A DNA stretch of 64,000 bases, taken from contig JBFWNL010000001.1 of assembly GCA_050251055.1 (NCBI GenBank), positions 651,825-715,824 on the forward strand. Reading direction: 5' to 3'. Numbering within the stretch: the stretch's first letter is position 1; the number at the start of each line of letters is the position of its first letter. Source of the DNA: Bacteriovoracia bacterium. Its GTDB lineage: Bacteria; Bdellovibrionota; UBA1018; JBFWNL01. Of the stretch, positions 8,433 to 16,626 are shown one piece after another. The translations under genes and the position numbers were made by a program. The notes under the pieces were generated by a model. It made no database searches. It worked only from the letters and a program-made list of their open reading frames with translations, and was not told the origin of the DNA.

Positions 8433-9326
8433 CTAGTAGCAGTACCCTCCCGCCCGCAGATTATTCATCTTGTTCAAGGCGTTCGTGAGGTTATCATCGG
8501 CGTCGACGATTTCATTGCCGATGGCGATTCGGTTATTCCATGAGTATCCGCGATAAGCGCCGCCCCCTAAGAGCTGGCAGGCACCGCGAGCTTGCACGCG
8601 GCAGACTCCGGCCTGTTCTAGCTTACCGACGATCGATTCGATGGAGCTCATCGAATCGGCGGCAGCGACCTGCGCCCCGCCCACGCTCACGCGGAAGTTG
8701 TAGTTGTAGCTGCCGTGCGTACCGACGCCCGAGAGCGTACAGGCTTCGACAACCGTCGTGCAAACCCGCGCGGCTTCCAAATCACGCAGCTTGCTGAGCG
8801 CGGTGTCGAGGCTGTCCGCAGCGGCTAACGACGACCCATTCACGAGAATACGGTAGTTGTAATTGTACCCATTGTGAACGCCAGGACCCACTAGCTCGCA
8901 TTGGTTCACGCGAGGAGGATACGGGCCAGGCGAAGGCGGATATGGTCCGGGGATAGGGGGAGTCGGGCCATAGTTGTCCAACTCCGCCTGGGCCTCTCTC
9001 AGTAAATCTTGGATGCGGGCCGATTGGGCTCCGCTTAGGCGGTGACCGCGCTGGCGTAGATCGCGCGCCAAATCTTCGGCTTTGGCCGCCAAGGCTTGGG
9101 CCGGCCCACCCGAAGGCGGTAGGTGCGGCACCGGACGACCGGGGTTGCCGGGGCCCGAGCCGGGGTAACCCGGAGTCGTGACGGGAGGGCGTCCGATCCA
9201 ACCACTCACCGGAGGATCCGCCAAGGCCAGCTGAGAAACCCCCGAAGCGACCATCACGGCGCCCGCGACGATGGCTTTCGTTGAGATTCCCCAGGCATTT
9301 TTCCTCGAAAAGATAGACGTGTTCAT
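8433..9326 (-). CDS. Secreted Pro-rich protein with three Cys-bounded ~53-aa repeats
   Basis: GGAGG SD before ATG 9326; signal peptide ending ALA|DPP; three C-x-L-x-G-x-G...R-[IV]...AxD...[VY]C repeats. Confidence 0.8.
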   Translation of the reverse strand: MNTSIFSRKNAWGISTKAIVAGAVMVASGVSQLALADPPVSGWIGRPPVTTPGYPGSGPGNPGRPVPHLPPSGGPAQALAAKAEDLARDLRQRGHRLSGAQSARIQDLLREAQAELDNYGPTPPIPGPYPPSPGPYPPRVNQCELVGPGVHNGYNYNYRILVNGSSLAAADSLDTALSKLRDLEAARVCTTVVEACTLSGVGTHGSYNYNFRVSVGGAQVAAADSMSSIESIVGKLEQAGVCRVQARGACQLLGGGAYRGYSWNNRIAIGNEIVDADDNLTNALNKMNNLRAGGYCY

Positions 9327-9406
9327 TGGATAGTCCTCCACTCTTGATTCAGTTTGTTTTTGATTTCACACTCGCGGATTTCAGGTCCGCCCTAACTCCG
9401 GACCGG

Positions 9407-9429
9407 CACTAGTGCAACGGCGGTGCCAA
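9407..9429 (-). promoter_or_regulatory. sigma54 (-24/-12) promoter
   Basis: Minus strand reads TTGGCACCGCCGTTGCA-CTAGTG, a near-perfect consensus. Confidence 0.8.
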
Positions 9430-9510
9430 GCGCGTAAAAGCGCTCATCGGCGTTTTAAGCGAGTTTACCTCAGAGTTCCGGCGCCCGCCGGTGCCAAGGT
9501 GAGACCAATT

Positions 9511-10968
9511 CTAGATATTCGAAACGATCCGGAGGGTCTGGCCGGTGTAAATGCGGTCGCGGTGGAGGCGATTTGCCTTCCGAATGACGCCGACCGTAAC
9601 GCCGAATTTCTTGGCAATGGCCGCCAGGCTGTCACCCGACTTCACGCGATATTTGGTAAGAGCCGCACGATGATACGACTTCTTCACGATCCGTAGCGTC
9701 TGCCCGGCGTAGATTTGGCTGGATTTCAGCCCATTGATGCGCTTGAGATAAGCCACCGACAGGTGCGTACGACGGGAAAGCTGGGAAAGCGTCTCTCCTC
9801 TTTTGACCTGTACGGTGTGCGCGATTCGCGCACGATCGATCGAGGGTTCGCGACGCGCACGCAGCCCGCTCAAGCGGTAAGAGGCCAACCTCGTAACGAT
9901 ACGATCCACGGCCGCCTTTTTTTCCTGTGGCACCCAGATCTCGTATTTCTTCGATTGCGGCGAGGTCACTCCCCGCACGAGATGCGGATTCACCCGCTCT
10001 AGCTCCCCGCGCGGAATTTTCGCCAGGCGTGAAACGTCGCTCAAGCGCACCGGCGATGGAACCTCCACCGCCTCTAAGTCTGGGTAGCTTTCCGCCTTGA
10101 TGTCACCGAAGCCGAACATATCGGGATTACGGCCGATGATCACGGCGGCCAAGAATTTAGGCACGTAATCGGCGGTTTCGGCCGGGATGAAACCCCGCTG
10201 AGCGAGTGTCCAATAGTCTCGCGTGCGGCCACGACGAATTGCTCCATTCACCCGACCGGGCCCGGCGTTATAAGCCGCCATGGCCAGGTACCAAGACTGA
10301 TAATTTTCGTACAAGTCACGCAGGTGCTTGGCGGCAGCCTCGGTAGCACGAATGGGGTCTTTGCGTTCATCCACGTAGTAGTTCGACTCTAGCCCATAGG
10401 TCTTGCCGGTGGCGCGCATGAACTGCCAAACGCCGACGGCACTCGCGTGCGAGAGCGCATGCGTGTGGAACCCACTCTCAATCAAGGCGAGATAATAAAG
10501 CTCGGCCGGCACGTTGTTTTCCTCGAGGATGTTCTCGACCACTTCGCGGTATTTTTCTCCGCGATAAAGAAAACGGGTGAAGCGCTCGCGATCCTTCACC
10601 GTAAAGTAGTGGATCCACTTGCGGACCTGCTGGTTCACCTCGACCGGAATCTCGGCGAACTTGCGCCCGCCCTTCCCGTTCCCCTTTTCCTCTTCGATGC
10701 GGCCCAGCTCCTTGGCGGCGGTGGTGGCCGACTCGTCGCTAGCCTCCGTCGATTCGTCCTCCTCTACGCTGGGCTGATCTTGAAGTTTGGTGTTCGTAGC
10801 GAGGATCTCCTCGACCAGAACCTTGGACTGCATGTCTTTAGTAGTTTCCTGGGTAGCACCTGAGGCGGCGTCTCCCGTCGATTCGGATGCGGGCTTAAGC
10901 GGAGTACTCGCGCAACCGGCGGCCAAAAGGCAAAGCATGGCTCTAAAAGGGATTTTAGACAGGCTCAT
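9511..10968 (-). CDS. mltD: Membrane-bound lytic murein transglycosylase D-like protein (SLT plus LysM domains), lipoprotein
   Basis: Lipobox LAAGC; motifs LALIESGF, AVGVWQFM and AAYNAG; C-terminal LysM repeats (VKRGETL, VKSGDSL). GGAGG SD before ATG 10968. Confidence 0.9.
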   Translation of the reverse strand: MSLSKIPFRAMLCLLAAGCASTPLKPASESTGDAASGATQETTKDMQSKVLVEEILATNTKLQDQPSVEEDESTEASDESATTAAKELGRIEEEKGNGKGGRKFAEIPVEVNQQVRKWIHYFTVKDRERFTRFLYRGEKYREVVENILEENNVPAELYYLALIESGFHTHALSHASAVGVWQFMRATGKTYGLESNYYVDERKDPIRATEAAAKHLRDLYENYQSWYLAMAAYNAGPGRVNGAIRRGRTRDYWTLAQRGFIPAETADYVPKFLAAVIIGRNPDMFGFGDIKAESYPDLEAVEVPSPVRLSDVSRLAKIPRGELERVNPHLVRGVTSPQSKKYEIWVPQEKKAAVDRIVTRLASYRLSGLRARREPSIDRARIAHTVQVKRGETLSQLSRRTHLSVAYLKRINGLKSSQIYAGQTLRIVKKSYHRAALTKYRVKSGDSLAAIAKKFGVTVGVIRKANRLHRDRIYTGQTLRIVSNI

Positions 10969-11218
10969 TCTCCTCCATGAGAAACGCTTGGCCAAACCCT
11001 TCGTGGATTTGGGGTCTAGTCTTTTAGTATGACGGGGCCCTCTAGAAATGGCAACCTGCGAAAAATTTGACTGCTCCCTTACCCCATACGAACCCACCCC
11101 CCGTGGCCTATAAAAGTCAGGTATGGGGAAAACCTTTACAAATCCCAGCGCTTTAGGGTATTTGCAGGGGCGAACCCGCCAATCTATTTTTACCCGGCCG
11201 GTGTGTTAAGGAGCCGTC

Positions 11219-11539
11219 ATGGCAAATACTCGTCAGTCCGCGAAACGTTCGCGGCAAGCGCTGAAGCGCCAAACCCGTAACATCGTTATCCGCAGCGAAG
11301 CGAAGACCGTCCTGAAGAACGCCCTCCAGGCGATCCAAAAGAAGGACGTGGAAGCCGCCAAGGCCGCTTACGCCATCGCGGTGAAAACCATGGCAAAAGC
11401 CGTGAGCAAGGGCGCCGTTCCCGGCGGTCGGGCTTCCCGCAAGGTGAGCCGTCTCACCCACTTCGCCATGAAGACGCTGCCCGAAGTGCTGCCCTTCAAG
11501 GTGAACACGGTGAAGAAGTCCGCCGAAGCCCGCAAGTAA
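11219..11539 (+). CDS. rpsT: 30S ribosomal protein S20
   Basis: MANTRQSAKRSRQALKRQTRN...KAVSKG...ASRKVSRL. Confidence 0.97.
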   Translation: MANTRQSAKRSRQALKRQTRNIVIRSEAKTVLKNALQAIQKKDVEAAKAAYAIAVKTMAKAVSKGAVPGGRASRKVSRLTHFAMKTLPEVLPFKVNTVKKSAEARK

Positions 11540-11569
11540 GCGCGCCTCGTCCGCTAGCACCAAAATTTC

Positions 11570-11977
11570 TCAAAGCTTTAAAAAGTCGGCGATGACCGGA
11601 GGGTAGGTTTTTGTATCCACCGGTTTCGGCAGGAACCGAAACGGCGCCGTCGACTTCGGCAGCATCCCCATTATCGTCTCTTGGGTCAGGCCCGACATAA
11701 GGATAAACGGAAGGCGCGGGTACGCCTGTTGGCAGTGGCGTAAAAGGTCGATGCCGTTACTGTCGTTCGCGAGCAAGCAATCGGCGATTACGAGGGAAAA
11801 CTTCTCTCGCGCCAGAAGCTCGCGCGCGCCCACTACGGTTTCGGTGGCGGTGACCCGGATATTCTTCCGCATGTTCTTGATCACCATCGAGAGCACCAGC
11901 CGCGAGGCCTGGTCGTCCTCGACGATCAGCACCTGGGGAGCGGTGAATCCAAGACGGGTTTTAAGCCAATTCAACAT
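11570..11977 (-). CDS. Single-domain response regulator (REC)
   Basis: VLIVEDD, LVIAD (phosphoacceptor), ILMSG and FLPKP. Start placed at ATG 11977. Confidence 0.88.
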   Translation of the reverse strand: MLNWLKTRLGFTAPQVLIVEDDQASRLVLSMVIKNMRKNIRVTATETVVGARELLAREKFSLVIADCLLANDSNGIDLLRHCQQAYPRLPFILMSGLTQETIMGMLPKSTAPFRFLPKPVDTKTYPPVIADFLKL

Positions 11978-11983
11978 GCCTCG

Positions 11984-12012
11984 ATTGTAACGCTTGCCCC
12001 CGCTCGCGACAA
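11984..12012 (-). promoter_or_regulatory. sigma70 promoter predicting a leaderless response-regulator mRNA
   Basis: TTGTCG-N17-TACAAT-N6-ATG(11977). Confidence 0.6.
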
Positions 12013-12014
12013 CC

Positions 12015-12593
12015 TCAGGCTTGCGTGTAAGGGGCGCATTCCCACCGCTCGAGCGGCTTTGAGAAACGATAAACATCCCCATGCGCGAACGCAACGCATG
12101 CTCCGACATTCAGTAATTTCTGTAGAACCTGCCCAACCATCAAATGCCCCACGAGGAGAGCCGGATGGGCGAGATCCAGGACCTTGCTCAAGCCTTCGCT
12201 CACTCGGTGCTCGAAAGCATCCAACGACTCGCCACCCGGGATAATCGCGGGAGCTTCGGACAGGCCCGGCGCAGACGCGACGGGTTTCCCTTCCCACTGG
12301 CCAAAGTGCCGTTCGGAAAAATGCGGAAGCGCCCGCATCTTCACGTGGAGCATGTCGTGCGCGAAGTCCGCGCTTTGCATCGATCGCAGCAGCGTGCTGC
12401 TGAAGATCGTTTTTATCTTTTGAGGATTTTTGGCGAACGCCCGCGTGGTCGCCCGTCGGATCTGCTCCTTCCCCTCATCACTCAATCCAAGGTCGCTTCC
12501 CCCGCCGCAGACTAAGCCACGGGCATGCGCCTCGGTTGCGCCGGCGCGCATGAAGTAAAACCCCGGCGTACCTTGTTGCTGTTTACGTTTCAT
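12015..12593 (-). CDS. Histidine phosphatase (PGAM) family protein lacking the catalytic His
   Basis: FMRAG in place of RHG; also DLGLSDEG, SSTLLRSMQSA, ERHFGQWEG, GGES and LVGH. GAGG SD before ATG 12593. Confidence 0.85.
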   Translation of the reverse strand: MKRKQQQGTPGFYFMRAGATEAHARGLVCGGGSDLGLSDEGKEQIRRATTRAFAKNPQKIKTIFSSTLLRSMQSADFAHDMLHVKMRALPHFSERHFGQWEGKPVASAPGLSEAPAIIPGGESLDAFEHRVSEGLSKVLDLAHPALLVGHLMVGQVLQKLLNVGACVAFAHGDVYRFSKPLERWECAPYTQA

Positions 12594-12638
12594 TTTCCAC
12601 CTCACTCGTTACACACTCGAACTGACTCTCGGGTCAGC

Positions 12639-12660
12639 CACTAGAGCAAGAGGGATGCCG
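12639..12660 (-). promoter_or_regulatory. sigma54 (-24/-12) promoter
   Basis: Minus strand reads CGGCATCCCTCTTGCT-CTAGTG. Confidence 0.7.
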
Positions 12661-12784
12661 GGAAAAACGGGGAGGTTTCAGGATTTTCAGAGTCACCTTG
12701 GCGCTGATCGCGCGCCCAGTTAGGTCAAATGGTAACTGATCGGTCGTTCAGGTTACTAATGGTTACTTAGAGTTGCCGTCCGGC

Positions 12785-13375
12785 TTAGCGGTGATTTCGC
12801 ACTTCGGAAATCGTGGCGAGCGCGATCAACTGGAGCCCGAGCTCGCGGAACTTCTCGGCGCCGCCCTGCTCGCGATCGACGATAGTCAGAACCGCCGTCG
12901 GGCGATAACCCGCTTCGCGCAGGCGCTCGATCGCCTTCACGCTCGAACCGCCGGTGGTGACCACATCCTCCAATACGAGCACGGGCATACCTTCGCGGAG
13001 GTTCTCCGTCCCTTCGATGAACTTCGAGGTACCGTGCGCCTTGGCTTCTTTACGCACGATAAAAGCGGGCCACTCCAGGCCGGCTTCGCGCGCCGCGAGC
13101 GAAACCGCAGTCGCGATCGGGTCCGCCCCCAACGTGAGTCCCCCCACCGCTTCCACCGGTAGGCCGAGCTCCTGAACACGGGCCACCGCGAGCTGTCCCA
13201 ACAAGTAGGCCCCTTCCGGATGGAGGGTCGTGGGTTTTAGGTCGATGTAAAAAGTGCTCTTCTGCCCGGAGGCGAGGGTAAAGTCACCCTCCCGGTAGCT
13301 GCGCCGACGAATGAGCTCGATCAGCTGGGATTTAAGATGTGATGTATTTTTCGATGGCTTTAGTGGCGTCGGCAT
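12785..13375 (-). CDS. pyrE: Orotate phosphoribosyltransferase
   Basis: FTLASGQKSTFYID, VRKEAKAHG and the PRPP-binding motif VLEDVVTTGGS. Confidence 0.96.
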   Translation of the reverse strand: MPTPLKPSKNTSHLKSQLIELIRRRSYREGDFTLASGQKSTFYIDLKPTTLHPEGAYLLGQLAVARVQELGLPVEAVGGLTLGADPIATAVSLAAREAGLEWPAFIVRKEAKAHGTSKFIEGTENLREGMPVLVLEDVVTTGGSSVKAIERLREAGYRPTAVLTIVDREQGGAEKFRELGLQLIALATISEVRNHR

Positions 13376-14219
13376 TGAGCTTTTCGAAACGGAAGCTGAA
13401 ACCCCGTCCGTCCTCCAAAACTCGAACTACCACACCTTCCGCCACAAAGGGATCAAAATGGTTTTCTTCCGTGGGCGTCACGTTCATGCGCACCCGGGTG
13501 CCGATCGGGCCGGGAGGCTTTTCGGTGAGGATCTGCATGCCGCCGACGCTGATGTCGCGGCACACCCCGACCATGATGCCGTCTTGATGCGCGAGCATGA
13601 TGCGCGCCACCATGGGTTTGCGCGGGGTACTGCGTAAGTCAATGGTTCGATCGCCAGGAGCGCGGGGTTGTTCCAGTTCCACGGTAATGGTCTCCTCTCC
13701 GGAAGCGGCGAGCTTCTTCACGATGCCCTTAAAGTCCTCGATCTCTTTCAGTCGGTGCCAGCCGTCCATGCCATCTCGCCAGGCGTGCACGCGGCCGTTA
13801 ATTTTTCCAATCTTAAGGTAACGCTCCACCTCGGAAAGAGAAAACGGCCCGTACTGGCTATGATTGAAATACAGGAACCAATCGCGCGGCTCGACTTCCA
13901 ACGTATCGGCCGATTCGGCCTTCTTTACCTTGGGTTTAGGCTTGGCCGCATCTGCCTGCTCCTTCGCGCGCGCCGAAGCTTTCGTCTTCACCGCGCTCCC
14001 CGGCTCCGCCGGCGCTAAATCACGGAAAGTAGGGCAATCGCAAATGCGCACCCAGGCGCCCTTCGGTCCCTTCCAGATAAAGTGCCCCCAGCTCAACTCG
14101 TGACTCTCAATCCGGCGTAAAACCTCTTTCGAAGTCAGCGGCCCGCTGAGCTGCTCGCCAGCCGCGACGTACCAGTGCGGTGTCGAATCGTCGAGGATGC
14201 GATCGCCCGTATTCTCCAC
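13332..14219 (-). CDS. Tandem GYF_2 (DUF4339) domains plus PilZ domain protein
   Basis: WYVAAGEQLSGP...IWK and WFLYFNHSQYGPFS...AWRDGMDGW; PilZ motifs RSTPR (RxxxR) and DISVGG (DxSxxG). Confidence 0.85.
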   Translation of the reverse strand: MENTGDRILDDSTPHWYVAAGEQLSGPLTSKEVLRRIESHELSWGHFIWKGPKGAWVRICDCPTFRDLAPAEPGSAVKTKASARAKEQADAAKPKPKVKKAESADTLEVEPRDWFLYFNHSQYGPFSLSEVERYLKIGKINGRVHAWRDGMDGWHRLKEIEDFKGIVKKLAASGEETITVELEQPRAPGDRTIDLRSTPRKPMVARIMLAHQDGIMVGVCRDISVGGMQILTEKPPGPIGTRVRMNVTPTEENHFDPFVAEGVVVRVLEDGRGFSFRFEKLNADATKAIEKYITS

Positions 14220-14220
14220 C

Positions 14221-16305
14221 TCACTGTCCCCCGACCGGTCGGAACTTGAAGGGATAATTCACCTGGACGACTCCGCCGCCCCGAGGAATCGGGAAATCGA
14301 TGCGCTGAATGACCTTCAGGATACAACGCTCGGTATTGGTGTTCTTCAGAGTGGTGGAAACAATACCCGCGCGAGTGACCCGGCCACGCGGCCCAATCAC
14401 GAACGTCGTACCCACGCGACCAGCGAGATTGGGTTGGCCCGCGTTGATCTCGCGCTCATAACAAAGCCTAAACTCGTCTCGATGGGCCAATAGCGCCGCC
14501 TCGACGGCGTCGGCGTCGATCGCGCCCATGACCACGGTTTCTTCCGGACCCCCGGTATTCAGCACCACCCGCGCACGCCCACCCACGATATTCTCGCCGG
14601 TGCCGGCCGCGCCCAAACCCGTACCGACGCGCCCGCCGCCCCGGCCCTTGTCGCTGAGCCCCCCGAGCGATTCGGCGTTACCGCCACCGCCCGAGCCAGT
14701 GCCCGAGAGTGCCAAGCCTCCGCTCCCTTGCGTATTGAACGCGCCAAAACCCGACAGTTTCCCACCCGATTTACCGAGCTGGCTTGCCGTATTGCCCAGC
14801 AAGCTTTGGATCTTCGCGCTCGCACCCTTGAGCAAGTCGACGTTGCCCTCGTTTTCCTCAACCTGGCTGTTGCCGCCGCCCTTGCCCGCGCCCATCATCT
14901 GACCGCGGCGGCCCGCTACCGTTTGGTTCTCGGCGTGCTTCGGCCCGGTCTTCGTTCCACGCGTGCCCTCGGCGCCCTTCGCCCGCGCGCCCTCCCCTTC
15001 GCGACCCTGGGTCTGCGCGAGAGGATTCTTGGCCTGATTTTGTGCCGATGCCTCGTTCTTGGGGTGAATCGCGACGCTCGCATCCATCTTGTCTGGCACA
15101 CGCTTCGACGGATTTGCGCTCGGATTAATATTGAGCGTGACCACGGGTGATGGTTTCGGCTTCACGTTCGTAGGCTTCGGTTGAAACACCGTTTGGTCGG
15201 TCGACGGATTTTGCGCCTGATGGCGGTAGAAGTAGGAGTATTTCTCCGGCTGATAGAGCACGGTCGCGATCCGCTCAGGCAGCTCCTCGACATCGAGGTG
15301 GTCTTTAATCGGCACGCTGACCATGCCCACGATGGCCGCGGTGGTCATCAAAAAAGAGGTGAGCAGGACCTTCACGAAGAAAGCGTCGCGGTCAAGCAGG
15401 CGCCGCCGTTTGAGGTTCGGAGGCGCGGCGGTGTAGCTCAAGTAAAAATCCACCTCCCCGACGGACACCTTGGCGAACTCGCTCGCCCGCAGAAGGTAGG
15501 TCTTTTCTTTTAAGCCCGCGATCTCCTTGAGCTGCCCTTCGGATTGAATCACGCCCTGCATGCTTCCATCGAAATGCAAGGCGTAGCCCTGAGGACCCTT
15601 GGATACGAATGAGTAGGGGCTTGCCGGGAGCGCCCCCGGGATGGGGAAATCGCTCTGGGCGGATTCGCCGATCGTGACGAGCGGTTCGTCGACGAAGTGC
15701 TCGACGTCCATGATCATTCCTCGCCACGACATGATCACTTCCAACGCCCTCTGCGTGTTCGGCGCCGGCTCGAATATCTCCTCGACCTCGCGCTCGTCCT
15801 CCAAGATCAGCGACGAGAAATCTTCCTTAGGATCGAAGAAGAGCTTGCGACCTTCAAACTCCGCGCCCGGCTCCGTCTGGGAGGCATGCGCCGCATCTTC
15901 GATGAAGAACTTCACCTCGTGACCGCCGATCTTAATTCGATCGCCCTCTTTAAGGTTCGCGGAAATGACTTTTTTGCCGTTTAGGTAGAGACCTTCGTCA
16001 CTCGCCAGATCGAAGATGTGACCGGCGCCCTTGTCGTATTCCCCAAGCTCGATCACGGCGTGAATCGGCGCCACTCCTTTACCAGCAAGCTTGAGATCGG
16101 CGGATTCGACGGAACCAATGACGATGCGGCTCTTATGGAAACGAAAAGTCGACTCTTCCTTGCTCTTATGCGGATCGCCCAGGGTAACGAGGGTCACGAC
16201 CTTCTTCGGCAGCTCAATCAAGGGCGCCGCCGTGGCGCCTTCACTGACCTCATCCACGGCGTCGGTGGGGCGCGGGGGAAGCGGGTTGTTTTTCTTCTTG
16301 TCCAT
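14221..16305 (-). CDS. GltG/PglI-like gliding protein (FHA-like, TM, Gly-rich linker, AgmX/PglI TonB-C-like domain)
   Basis: N-terminal FHA fold and one TM; C-terminus FRLCYEREI...GRV...F...ERCI...FPIPRGGGVVQVNYPFKF. Confidence 0.85.
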   Translation of the reverse strand: MDKKKNNPLPPRPTDAVDEVSEGATAAPLIELPKKVVTLVTLGDPHKSKEESTFRFHKSRIVIGSVESADLKLAGKGVAPIHAVIELGEYDKGAGHIFDLASDEGLYLNGKKVISANLKEGDRIKIGGHEVKFFIEDAAHASQTEPGAEFEGRKLFFDPKEDFSSLILEDEREVEEIFEPAPNTQRALEVIMSWRGMIMDVEHFVDEPLVTIGESAQSDFPIPGALPASPYSFVSKGPQGYALHFDGSMQGVIQSEGQLKEIAGLKEKTYLLRASEFAKVSVGEVDFYLSYTAAPPNLKRRRLLDRDAFFVKVLLTSFLMTTAAIVGMVSVPIKDHLDVEELPERIATVLYQPEKYSYFYRHQAQNPSTDQTVFQPKPTNVKPKPSPVVTLNINPSANPSKRVPDKMDASVAIHPKNEASAQNQAKNPLAQTQGREGEGARAKGAEGTRGTKTGPKHAENQTVAGRRGQMMGAGKGGGNSQVEENEGNVDLLKGASAKIQSLLGNTASQLGKSGGKLSGFGAFNTQGSGGLALSGTGSGGGGNAESLGGLSDKGRGGGRVGTGLGAAGTGENIVGGRARVVLNTGGPEETVVMGAIDADAVEAALLAHRDEFRLCYEREINAGQPNLAGRVGTTFVIGPRGRVTRAGIVSTTLKNTNTERCILKVIQRIDFPIPRGGGVVQVNYPFKFRPVGGQ

Positions 16306-16332
16306 CGTACAGTCCTTTGGGCGGCGGCCCCT

Positions 16333-16626
16333 TTATTTACTCAAAACCACGTCGCGCAACATCTCGCGATGAAAGTTCTTACGGCGTTTGACCAAGGAAT
16401 CGAACTTCTCCTGCGGACGGTGCTGGAAGTAAAATTCGCCGGGGTCGTCGAGCTGGCCCTCGATCTGCAGGCCCTCGAAATCCAGCTTCGTTTGCTCCTT
16501 GAAGATCACCTTGGGAGGCGGCGGGGCCTTTTTCATCGATGCCTTGGGAGCGCCGTGAGCGACGTTCGCTTGCGCCGCCCCCCAGACCACGCCCACGATC
16601 ACCACCATCTTCACGACCATCATCAT
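16333..16626 (-). CDS. GltF/CglF-like small secreted gliding protein
   Basis: Signal peptide followed by TKLDFEGLQIEGQLDDP...FDSLVKRRKNF. ATG overlaps the upstream TGA (ATGA). Confidence 0.75.
   Translation of the reverse strand: MMMVVKMVVIVGVVWGAAQANVAHGAPKASMKKAPPPPKVIFKEQTKLDFEGLQIEGQLDDPGEFYFQHRPQEKFDSLVKRRKNFHREMLRDVVLSK

Noticed and set aside
12729-12770. GGT(A/T)ACT repeats upstream of the 12660 sigma54 promoter as enhancer-protein sites
   Set aside because: The position is plausible, but the repeats are short and not seen at the other two promoters; insufficient support.
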